Source of the DNA: Halalkalibacterium halodurans
GTDB taxonomy: Bacteria; Bacillota; Bacilli; Bacillales; Bacillaceae_D
Direction: 5' to 3'
DNA length: 24,065 bases
NCBI RefSeq assembly: GCF_004376175.1
Contig: NZ_SNUY01000054.1
Coordinates: 1-24,065, forward strand
Shown here one piece after another: positions 1-7,207 of the stretch. The notes below the pieces were generated by a model. It worked only from the letters and a program-made list of their open reading frames with translations, was not told where the DNA came from and did no database searches. The translations under genes and the position numbers were made by a program. Position 1 is the stretch's first letter. Each line of letters starts with the position of its first letter.

Positions 1-121
1 GCCCTTGATTGACCTCTGAATAAACCATTGGCGTGTTTGTCAAGAGCGATAGCGCGGCCTTTCCACCTAATAAATGGTAGTAGTGTTAGATCCAAATAAG
101 GTTTTCATAGAAGTTTTGACA

Positions 122-1339
122 CTACCGTCTAAAGCACTCTTTTGGTGTAAGTCTCCTGATGCGATAGTTTTTATCCAAGGTAGCCATTTGACATCCTGTG
201 TCTATAGTATTCGAAATGCCCTTTCCCACTCTACCTCTTCTTGTTTTCGAATTTGGAACTGAAATATTTATGCTGTCACCAATCTCGGCCTCAGCATAAC
301 CTTTTTTGGTAGCTTCTTTTATGGCAACCCCATGTCGGTCTTGAGATGTTAGTGTAAACATAGGCTCTTCAGATTCTTTCATTCTTCTGCCATTCTGCCT
401 TTTATCTTCTCTTTCAGGAGTGATTACCGCCCTAGCTTCCAATACGGCACTGTTCATAGCAGTTCTATTAACAATACCTCCAGTATACCTTGAAGTAATA
501 CATCTTGAAGTTTCAGTAATCTGTGTTTTGGTATTGGATTGATCTATAAAATAAAGGCCTGTCTTAGCACCTGTTCCTCCTCCATTAGCTGTTATAGTGG
601 GAGAAATTCCTTCAGTGCCATAAACATTGCCACTGGAACCTCGACCACTTGGATTGATATTCCCGATTTTGTAAAGTCCAGTTTTCGCTCCAGCCCCTCC
701 AGCACTGCCAACAAGAGTTGCTGAAATTCCATTTGCATCGTACACCCTATACCCTTGCATTCCACCTATAATTTGCTTAAGAGTTGCTGCGTTTTCTCCT
801 CCGATAGGTAGTATTTCTCGTCTACCTCTGCTTCTAAGATTTGCGATAATGAACACTCGTTCTCGGTTTTGGGGAACTCCAAAGTCTTTAGAGTTGAGCA
901 CCTGCCACATTGCATCATACCCTGCTTGTTCCAACTCAGCGAGAACTTCGGCAAAATCAAATCCTCCATTAATTGATAACAGATTCTTAACGTTCTCAAT
1001 AAGTAGGTATGTGGGTTTATCTTTTTCTTCTTTGCCTTTGACGAGGTCAATAATGCTGAAATAGATTCCACTTCTCTCTCCACTAATTCCTCGCTGTTTT
1101 CCTGCGACTGAGATGTCTTGGCACGGGAATCCAAAACACCAGATGTCTGCATAGGGGACTTCATCTGATTTAAGTTTTGTAACGTCATCCGCATACCACT
1201 CTCCTTCTGTATTAAACATTGCTCTATAGCTTCTTACTGCAAATTTGTCTTTCTCACAAAAACCTATGCACTTATATCCTGCAAGTTCAAGCCCTAGTCT
1301 AAATCCACCGATACCTGAACAAAAATCAATAAAGTTCAA
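122..1339 (-). CDS. Phage-type DNA (cytosine-5)-methyltransferase; ORF ends immediately after motif IX (possibly truncated)
   Basis: C5-MTase motifs occur in the canonical order: I FCSGIGGF, IV GFPCQDIS, VI ENVKNLL, VIII QNRERVFII, IX RRLTPKECFRR. The longest ORF runs to 1378 (TTG). The more likely start is TTG at 1339, preceded by GGGGGTGGA, giving (M)NFIDFCSGIGG. A TAG stop at 122-124 falls where motif IX normally continues (RLQGFPD). No GN[AS]V motif X was found in any downstream frame I translated. Confidence 0.85.
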   Translation of the reverse strand: MNFIDFCSGIGGFRLGLELAGYKCIGFCEKDKFAVRSYRAMFNTEGEWYADDVTKLKSDEVPYADIWCFGFPCQDISVAGKQRGISGERSGIYFSIIDLVKGKEEKDKPTYLLIENVKNLLSINGGFDFAEVLAELEQAGYDAMWQVLNSKDFGVPQNRERVFIIANLRSRGRREILPIGGENAATLKQIIGGMQGYRVYDANGISATLVGSAGGAGAKTGLYKIGNINPSGRGSSGNVYGTEGISPTITANGGGTGAKTGLYFIDQSNTKTQITETSRCITSRYTGGIVNRTAMNSAVLEARAVITPEREDKRQNGRRMKESEEPMFTLTSQDRHGVAIKEATKKGYAEAEIGDSINISVPNSKTRRGRVGKGISNTIDTGCQMATLDKNYRIRRLTPKECFRR

Positions 1340-1387
1340 CGTTCCACCCCCTTGAAAGGAAAAAGAGCAATTAGCCAAATGTATTAG

Positions 1388-2638
1388 CTACTGCTCTTTT
1401 ATCAGATCACTATATTTGATTTTCTCACCATCTCTTATTAGAAACACATCATCGTCTTTTCCTATATAATCAATGTATCTTTTGGTTATTACATCAACGT
1501 ATTTCCCATCAAGTTCGATAGCATAACAGATTCTACCTGTTTGCTCGCAAGCAATTAAAGTAGATCCACTACCTCCGAAAGGCTCAAGCACAATACAGTT
1601 TGACATTGAACTGTTCTGTATGGGATATGCTACAAGTGGTACTGGCTTCATTGTTGGGTGAAGTTCCGATTTTGTGGGTCTATCGAAATTCCAAACAGTA
1701 GTCTGCTTTCTATCTCCATACCATCTGTGTTTTCCTGTGGGTTTCCACCCATAAAGCACTGGCTCATGCTGCCACTGATAATCGGATCTACCCAGCACCA
1801 GAGACTGCTTGACCCACTGACATACACCTGAAAGTTTAAATCCAGCATCCTTGAATGCTTTTCTAAAGTTAAGTCCTTCCGTATCAGCGTGAAAAATATA
1901 AGCTGCTCCACCATCGTCAAGATGGTTATAAATATTCTTGAAAGATGCTAAAAGGAATTCATAAAAACTTTGGTCATCCATGTTGTCGTTTTTAATAACT
2001 CGTTCATTTTCTTTACCCGCTGTGTAATTCACATTGTATGGTGGATCTGTTACGCAGAGATTTGCTTTTTTGCCCTCCATGAGCCTTTCATAGGTTTCAG
2101 CTAAAGTACTGTCACCACAAATAAGACGATGCCTTCCCAAAAGCCATATATCACCTAACTTTGATATAGGTTCTAATTCCAATGCCGCATCTACATCAAA
2201 CTCATCATCAGCTACATCCTTATCGTGAATATTAGAAAATAGCTCATCAATTTCTGCAGCTTCAAATCCTGTTAGATTCAAATCAAAGTTAAGACCTTTT
2301 AAGGATTCAAGTTCAATAGCAAGTAGTTCATTGTCCCACCCAGCATCCATAGCTAGTCTATTATCAGCCAAAATATAAGCCTTTTTCTGAGCTTCCGTTA
2401 GATGCTCTACCATCACGCATGGAACATCTTTTATTCCTTCTGCTTTTGCAGCCGCAACTCTACCATGACCTGCTATGATATTGTAGTCTTTGTCTATCAG
2501 AACTGGATTGACAAACCCAAATTCCCTGAGACTGCTTCTTAGTTTTAGTAGTTGCTCCTTATTGTGGGTTCTAGCATTATTTTGATAGGGGATGAGCTTG
2601 TCTATTTCGATAATTTTCATTTCTTCCGTTCTTTTCAC
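1388..2638 (-). CDS. ParB-like nuclease domain fused to a beta-class N6-adenine/N4-cytosine DNA methyltransferase
   Basis: The N-terminus is ParB/Srx-like (IPYQNNARTH...IIAGHGRVAAAK). DPPY motif IV (CVTDPPYNVNY) precedes the AdoMet motif I (LEPFGGSGSTLIACEQTGR), which is the beta-class order. The GTG start at 2638 is preceded by GGAGGTG. Confidence 0.9.
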   Translation of the reverse strand: MKRTEEMKIIEIDKLIPYQNNARTHNKEQLLKLRSSLREFGFVNPVLIDKDYNIIAGHGRVAAAKAEGIKDVPCVMVEHLTEAQKKAYILADNRLAMDAGWDNELLAIELESLKGLNFDLNLTGFEAAEIDELFSNIHDKDVADDEFDVDAALELEPISKLGDIWLLGRHRLICGDSTLAETYERLMEGKKANLCVTDPPYNVNYTAGKENERVIKNDNMDDQSFYEFLLASFKNIYNHLDDGGAAYIFHADTEGLNFRKAFKDAGFKLSGVCQWVKQSLVLGRSDYQWQHEPVLYGWKPTGKHRWYGDRKQTTVWNFDRPTKSELHPTMKPVPLVAYPIQNSSMSNCIVLEPFGGSGSTLIACEQTGRICYAIELDGKYVDVITKRYIDYIGKDDDVFLIRDGEKIKYSDLIKEQ

Positions 2639-2660
2639 GGTTTCACCTCCAAACTTAGAT

Positions 2661-2710
2661 AATAAAAAAACACCTTCAAACCTTGTGTTTTCAACAAGTT
2701 TTTGTAGGTG
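2661..2710 (-). terminator. Rho-independent terminator-like hairpin between the HNH 3' region and the ParB-MTase gene
   Basis: The minus strand reads CACCUACAAAAACUUG-uugaaaaca-CAAGGUUUGAAGGUG followed by UUUUUUUAUUAU. The stem is imperfect (5+4+4 bp with one mismatch and a small internal loop) and is followed by a 7-U run. Confidence 0.5.
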
Positions 2711-2757
2711 TTTGATTTTGCTTATTTTCAGCTATACCAATACTTTAGATTGCCTTT

Positions 2758-2864
2758 AGCCCCCATTGACCCCCGCCCTGTAATTTTGCGATTTTTCACG
2801 CGTTGGGGGGCGGCGGTCCCAGCCATGAAGGGTTGTAGAGATTTGATCCCCCCCTCCCCTACAA
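2758..2864. other. GC-rich structured island in an otherwise AT-rich phage region (candidate cos/packaging site or structured 3'UTR RNA)
   Basis: There are runs of C and G: cccccattgacccccgccc, ggggggcggcggtccc, ccccccctcccc. A 10/11-bp GC stem forms between gacccccgccc (2768-2778) and gggcggcggtc (2808-2818). An outer pair forms between ttgtag (2833-2838) and ctacaa (2859-2864). No RBS-preceded ORF is present. The island lies directly downstream of the HNH gene. Confidence 0.3.
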
Positions 2865-2870
2865 TCTTTT

Positions 2871-3224
2871 CTAATATGTGTACTCTTGGTACTGATCCTT
2901 ATTCCTTGTCTTCCTGTCATGACACTTCTTACAAAGTGCCTGCCAGTTACTCTCATCCCAAAATAGTTTTTTATCTCCTCGATGTGGAACTATATGATCT
3001 ACTACCGTAGCTTTGACTAGTTTATCTTCTTCTTTACACTTAACACACAGTGGATGAACCTTTAAGAACCTCACTCTAGCCTTTCGCCACCTGCTGTCAT
3101 AACCACGCTCAACAGCACTACCTCTTTCTTTTTCATAAATCCTTCCATGTTCTTTACAATATCTATTATCAGTAAGAGAAGGACACCCAAGATGCCCACA
3201 CGGTTTTTGGGGTTTCTTAGGCAT
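2871..3224 (-). CDS. Phage HNH endonuclease
   Basis: The protein has an N-terminal CxxC-type Zn motif (KPCGHLGCPSL...YCKEH) and an HNH core (VDHIVPHRGDKKLFWDESNWQALCKKCHDRKT). The ATG at 3224 is preceded by GAGGTGA. Confidence 0.9.
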   Translation of the reverse strand: MPKKPQKPCGHLGCPSLTDNRYCKEHGRIYEKERGSAVERGYDSRWRKARVRFLKVHPLCVKCKEEDKLVKATVVDHIVPHRGDKKLFWDESNWQALCKKCHDRKTRNKDQYQEYTY

Positions 3225-3237
3225 TAAATCACCTCAC

Positions 3238-3277
3238 CAAAACAAAGAAATAGCCCTCGTGGTTTTCCACAAAGGCT
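3238..3277 (-). terminator. Rho-independent terminator-like hairpin immediately upstream of the HNH RBS
   Basis: The minus strand reads AGCCUUUGUGG-AAAA-CCACGAGGGCU (11 bp including 2 G.U pairs) followed by AUUUCUUUGUUUU. The HNH Shine-Dalgarno sequence comes directly after. Confidence 0.55.
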
Positions 3278-3334
3278 TTTTACAGTTTTCCACAATACCA
3301 CTATATAACCTTTCTTTAAGAAATTCGTCCACAA
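3263..3334 (-). promoter_or_regulatory. Three direct copies of TTGTGGA(A/C) between the activator gene and HNH (candidate activator-dependent late promoter or leader)
   Basis: On the plus strand, ttttccacaa occurs at 3263-3272 and 3286-3295, and tccacaa at 3328-3334. A TATATAGT -10-like element on the minus strand lies between them, with no canonical -35. Confidence 0.3.
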
Positions 3335-3343
3335 TATTACTCA

Positions 3344-3802
3344 TCATTTCCCATACAACAGAAGTGCAAGGTGATGAAGTGCACGATTTTTCTTATTGTA
3401 GGCTGACGACCTCTCGATGTTAAAATGTTCACAGATGTTATAAACTGCATCGATCTGTTTCTGTTCCTCATTTAAATAGAACTCCGTTAGCACGTACCTT
3501 TCTTCCTCCGTTAGTTCATCCCATGCTGGTTGAAACCATTCCATGTATTCTAATGCCTGTCGATAGCGTTCTTTTAATACATCAATTTCGTTTATAGTCG
3601 CTATTAGCCTTTTCTCTCCAGTTTTTGGATCATGGGTAGATGGCATTCCATTTAGAACTGATGAAGCTGGGGAAGTCATCTTTTCGTTGAGAGTAGCAAT
3701 GTCCTCATCTGTATGTTCTATAATATATTTCATACTGCTATAATCCTTTAAGACATTGATAGTCGCTGCTTTTTTATCTAAATATTGCCAGACAATGTTC
3801 AT
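3344..3802 (-). CDS. Sigma-70 region-4-like phage late transcriptional activator (RinA/ArpU/Xpf-like)
   Basis: This is a 152-aa protein with a C-terminal HTH-like segment (LTEEERYVLTEFYL...IERSSAYNKKNRALHHLALLLYGK). It sits between the replication genes and HNH, as phage late activators do. The RBS is AAGGAGG. The family assignment rests on resemblance only. Confidence 0.5.
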   Translation of the reverse strand: MNIVWQYLDKKAATINVLKDYSSMKYIIEHTDEDIATLNEKMTSPASSVLNGMPSTHDPKTGEKRLIATINEIDVLKERYRQALEYMEWFQPAWDELTEEERYVLTEFYLNEEQKQIDAVYNICEHFNIERSSAYNKKNRALHHLALLLYGK

Positions 3803-3806
3803 CGTA

Positions 3807-4796
3807 TCAGACCTCCTTAATTGTTGCCTTGACTGCTTCTATCAGTGCAGATTGGGTATTATCTTTATCTCTTAATGCTTTCATCACTCGTTCGTCAATT
3901 GTTTCTTTAGCGACAATGTGGTGAATTACTACTGTATCCTTTTGACCTTGTCTCCAAAGTCTCGCATTGGTTTGCTGATAGAGTTCAAGACTCCAAGTAA
4001 GTCCAAACCAGATAAGTGTTGAGCCACCACTTTGTAAATTGAGACCGTGTCCTGCTGATGCAGGATGAATAACTCCCACCAATATATCACTGTTGTTCCA
4101 ATCCTTAATATCTTTGGAAGTTTTAATCTCCCTTACATTGAATCTCGCCTTAATTCGCTCTAAATCGTGATTATACCAATAGGCAATAAGCACGGGTTTG
4201 CCGTTTGCACCTTCAATTAAATCCTCAAGAGCATCTAGCTTGCGGTCATGAATAATATGGGGCTTTTTATCATCATCATAGATAGCACCATTTGCCATTT
4301 GCAGAAGTTTTCCTGAAAGGACTGCAGCATTCATGGCATCAATCTCCTTATCCGCAAGTTGAAGAACCATCTCCTTACGAAAGTGCTCATATGCTGATTG
4401 TTCTTTGTCATTTAGATACACGGGTACTTCATTTATCACACATTCTGGCATTTTCAGAAAATCCACTGATTTCATGGAAATGGTGATATCCGAAATGAGT
4501 CGGTATATGGCATCTTCAGCACCTGGCAATGGTTTATATGAGAACACGATCTGCTGATTGCGTTTATCTGGTGTAAAGAAGGAATTGCGGTAGTGAGTTA
4601 TGTACCTGCCGAGTCTTTTACCCATGTCGAGAATACGAAACTCTGCCCACAAATCCATTAACCCATTACTGGATGGTGTACCCGTAAGACCTACAATTCG
4701 TTTTGCTCTGGGTCTGACTTTTAGTAAACTTTTAAATCTTTTTGCCCCATAGGACTTAAAGGATGACAATTCATCGATTACCACCATGTCATAATT
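3807..4796 (-). pseudogene. SNF2-family helicase, C-terminal fragment (motif II DELS through the helicase C domain), separated from its N-terminus by an IS
   Basis: The fragment carries YDMVVIDELSSF (DExx box), LTGTPSSNGLMDLW, and the helicase-C motifs HPASAGHGLNLQ and QQTNARLWRQGQ. Its 5' end abuts the IS end at 4797. Confidence 0.85.
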
Positions 4797-6269
4797 GAGC
4801 ATTTTGCAAAATTAGATTTTTGGGATAAAAGTATAAAAAATAAAGCACTCGACAAATAGCTACCAGCATGTTATTTTACAAAATATTACAATAATCTTGT
4901 TTTCGGGCATACCTACAGAATTTTTCACATTGAATTTTTTTAAGCGGCTTTCTTCCCTTTATTTTCCTTTGCCATCGCTAGCGCTGAAACAAGTAATACA
5001 ATAGCGTTCAGGTAAATATGGGTCTTTACTTTTTCAATTCCCCATACATGTAGGGAGTTCGCCGTAAGGTAGCTTTTCATTCTTGAATTACAGCGTTCTA
5101 CACTTGTCCTCTCGTTGTAAAGCTCTTTCCAACGTTTTGTATCACGGTGCGGATTGGAATATCGGCGCACATCCTTTTTGATGTCGACTTTTACCACCAT
5201 TCCATAGTTGGAAGATGAACAGGCTGCCATTCCTAATGGGCAATCCACTTTGCCGGTTGCGTGAGGACATCTGAACTTGAGCTGGTCCTTATCAGCTCCC
5301 CAATAAGTCATTTCATAACCCATGGAACAACGCGGAGTTCCATTGGAAGAAATCCCTTCAGGAGGCTCTTTTTCGTTGCGCAAATTGAGCGGGATAATGG
5401 CTTGCGCTCCAATGTTTTTGGCTGATTCATAGTTTTTTAGTTGGTCATATCCGCCATCCATGATCAGAAATTCAATTTTGGATTTGGTACGCTCTGCCAC
5501 TTGCTCTATTAATTCTGGTGCGACTTCTCCATCGTTCACATGGGCAGGGGTTACTTTTATGGCCATTGGCAGTTCGCTTGCGGTATCGACTGAAAGATGC
5601 ATCTTATAGCCAAACCAGGTAATTTTATTGCCGAAGGAATCATATTTTGCGCCCCAATTGGCATTACCCGTTTGTTCACTACGCTTTTTGGGCTGTTTCT
5701 TTTCATAGGCATCAATGGCGGCACTGTCGATGGCCTGGTGGCTGCCGTCAATTATTCCTTCCTCCTGAGCTAACTGTACCAAGTCAAGGAAGATCTTTTC
5801 AGCCAGCTTTTTTTTGGTAAGTGCCGCAAAAACCCGGCTGAGAGTGGAGATAGACGGTGCGGGGCGATCAATCGATAAACCGCATTGATAACGGAAACGA
5901 AGGTCTTTATCCAATCGATGATGAAGGGCGGTAAAGGTGTCGATGCCTTCGAGTGGGGCAGCGATGAGAGCCCTTAGAATCCCTTCTCTGGAATGACCGT
6001 CAGCCCCTCGGGGTGAAGAACTTCTCAACTGTTTAGCATAAGGGCGTAAATCAAGCGAGCTAAAAAAGATAGGTAATTTCTCTTTTGACTCTAATTTTTG
6101 CAGTTCTTCAAAGGAAAATAGGCTTTCTTGTAGAATATACAAAGTGACTTCCTCCTTTTGAATTTTTGTGGTTTCGTCACTTCAAAAATTCTACATTTTA
6201 GGGGTGAAGTCCTTTTTTATGTCTTTGAAATCCTTATGGCTCTTGGGTCAAAAAATATGCAAAATGCTC
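4797..6269 (-). mobile_element. 1473-bp insertion sequence (IS4/IS5-superfamily, DUF772+DDE_Tnp_1 type) inserted in the SNF2 gene
   Basis: Perfect 12-bp terminal inverted repeats: gagcattttgca at 4797-4808 and tgcaaaatgctc at 6258-6269. They are flanked by a 4-bp direct duplication, AATT, at 4793-4796 and 6270-6273. Removing the IS and one AATT copy restores the frame ...GIPFN-YDMVVIDE... Confidence 0.85.
4940..6142 (-). CDS. DDE transposase (IS4/IS5 superfamily)
   Basis: The N-terminus is an InsH/DUF772-like domain (GHSREGILRALIAAPLEGIDTFTALHHRL..LRFRYQCGL). The DDE candidates are AIDSAAIDA, LIMDGGYD, and the Y(2)R(3)E(6)K signature YNERTSVERCNSRMK. Confidence 0.9.
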   Translation of the reverse strand: MYILQESLFSFEELQKLESKEKLPIFFSSLDLRPYAKQLRSSSPRGADGHSREGILRALIAAPLEGIDTFTALHHRLDKDLRFRYQCGLSIDRPAPSISTLSRVFAALTKKKLAEKIFLDLVQLAQEEGIIDGSHQAIDSAAIDAYEKKQPKKRSEQTGNANWGAKYDSFGNKITWFGYKMHLSVDTASELPMAIKVTPAHVNDGEVAPELIEQVAERTKSKIEFLIMDGGYDQLKNYESAKNIGAQAIIPLNLRNEKEPPEGISSNGTPRCSMGYEMTYWGADKDQLKFRCPHATGKVDCPLGMAACSSSNYGMVVKVDIKKDVRRYSNPHRDTKRWKELYNERTSVERCNSRMKSYLTANSLHVWGIEKVKTHIYLNAIVLLVSALAMAKENKGKKAA

Positions 6270-6672
6270 AATTAAAAGGGATGCCACTTTTGTTTACTAG
6301 CCAGTCTACATTTTCTCTGTTTATTAGATAGACACTTGCAGGCTTCTTAAGAGCCGACAATCGTTCCTGTTCTGTACCGATGGCTACCGAAAACTCCAGT
6401 CCTTTTAAATGCTCCCACTTATTTATCTCAGCTGGCCAAGTATCCCTTGCTACCCTTAGAGGGGCAATGACCAGAACCTTTCCAATTTCAAAACTATCAA
6501 GACATAAATCAAATATAGCAGTTAAAGTGATTACGCTTTTGCCAAGACCCATCTCTAAAAACACCGCTGCTATGGGATGCTCTAGAATGAAGTTCGTTGC
6601 ATAGGTCTGATATCTATGAGGATTGTATTTCACCCAGTATCCCTCCAATCTGCTTAACGTCATCAATGACAT
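6270..6672 (-). pseudogene. SNF2-family helicase, N-terminal fragment (Walker A/motif I)
   Basis: The fragment carries HRYQ (motif Q/Ia-like), LEMGLGKSVITL (motif I) and VLVIAPLRV. The frame ends in ..GIPFN and then runs into the IS end (stop TGA spans 6268-6270). The likely true start is GTG at 6633, after GGAGGG. Confidence 0.85.
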
Positions 6673-6895
6673 AACAGGTAAAACCTAGCTTCTGTAATTG
6701 CTTTATTCTTCTAATCTGTAACAGGCGAGGTTTCTTTCCGGGAGCCTTTAATTCTATAAAAGCCATCTTCCCATGTGGTAAAAGCACTAGGCGGTCTGGC
6801 ATTCCATCTAAACCTGGGCTAACAAACTTCGCTGCAATGCCTCCCATCTTTTTTACCTCAGCCACCAGTTTCTTTTCTATATATTTTTCAAGCAT
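6614..6895 (-). CDS. VRR-NUC domain nuclease
   Basis: The sequence MLEKYIEKKLVAEVKKMGG...GMPDRLVLLPHGKMAFIELKAPGKKPRLLQIRRIKQL..GF matches the VRR-NUC D..(E/D)xK pattern. The ATG at 6895 is preceded by GGGAGGT. The longer track ORF to 6979 has no RBS and runs through a repeat tract. Confidence 0.85.
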   Translation of the reverse strand: MLEKYIEKKLVAEVKKMGGIAAKFVSPGLDGMPDRLVLLPHGKMAFIELKAPGKKPRLLQIRRIKQLQKLGFTCYVIDDVKQIGGILGEIQSS

Positions 6896-6952
6896 AAATA
6901 CCTCCCATATAAAAAGGCTCGGAACAAGAAAACAACTTTGACCCAATTTTCC

Positions 6953-6980
6953 TATACGCGCGTGTATGCGTGTATGCACA
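6953..6980. repeat. 28-nt perfect alternating pyrimidine-purine tract containing a tandem 8-mer (cgtgtatg x2)
   Basis: tatacgcgcgtgtatgcgtgtatgcaca alternates pyrimidine and purine at every position. cgtgtatg occurs at 6961-6968 and 6969-6976. Confidence 0.9.
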
Positions 6981-7027
6981 AGCTACTATTACTTCTTTTT
7001 ACTATTTATAAATAAATTAGGATACTT

Positions 7028-7207
7028 CTTGTTCCTCTTGTTCCAAACCGTTGATTTTCCTTGTCATTACTTACTTTAGGGAAAGAACTAGTATGGGAAC
7101 AAAGTAAGGGACAACTTAGCTTTGTTCCTCAACTCGGGAATAAGCTCGTTGCTTTCCATAGATAGGAAAGTTACTTGTTCCATTCTTGTTCCCAGTGTAC
7201 TTGTTCC
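7028..7207. repeat. Iteron-like array: five perfect CTTGTTCC copies plus two degenerate copies
   Basis: cttgttcc occurs at 7028-7035, 7037-7044, 7174-7181, 7185-7192 and 7200-7207. tttgttcc is at 7121-7128 and the inverted ggaacaaa at 7096-7103. The array straddles the primase stop codon (7116) and is adjacent to an AT-rich stretch (6985-7022). Confidence 0.8.

Noticed and set aside
766-1194. 142-aa alternative-frame ORF inside the C5 MTase gene, and a 90-aa ORF at 1648-1920 inside the ParB-MTase gene
   Set aside because: They lie on the same strand but out of frame with genes that carry complete catalytic motifs. There is no independent start signal.
2708-3010. Overlapping ORFs 2708-3010 (+) and 2756-2956 (-) in the HNH/MTase gap
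   Set aside because: Both overlap the HNH coding region or the GC-rich island. They have no RBS and low-complexity, proline/arginine/glycine-biased products typical of translated GC runs.
6896-6979. N-terminal extension of the VRR-NUC ORF (MHTRIHARIGKLGQSCFLVPSLFIWEVF)
   Set aside because: There is no RBS, and the extension runs through the alternating Pu/Py repeat. A strong GGGAGGT-ATG start exists at 6895 and matches typical VRR-NUC protein length.
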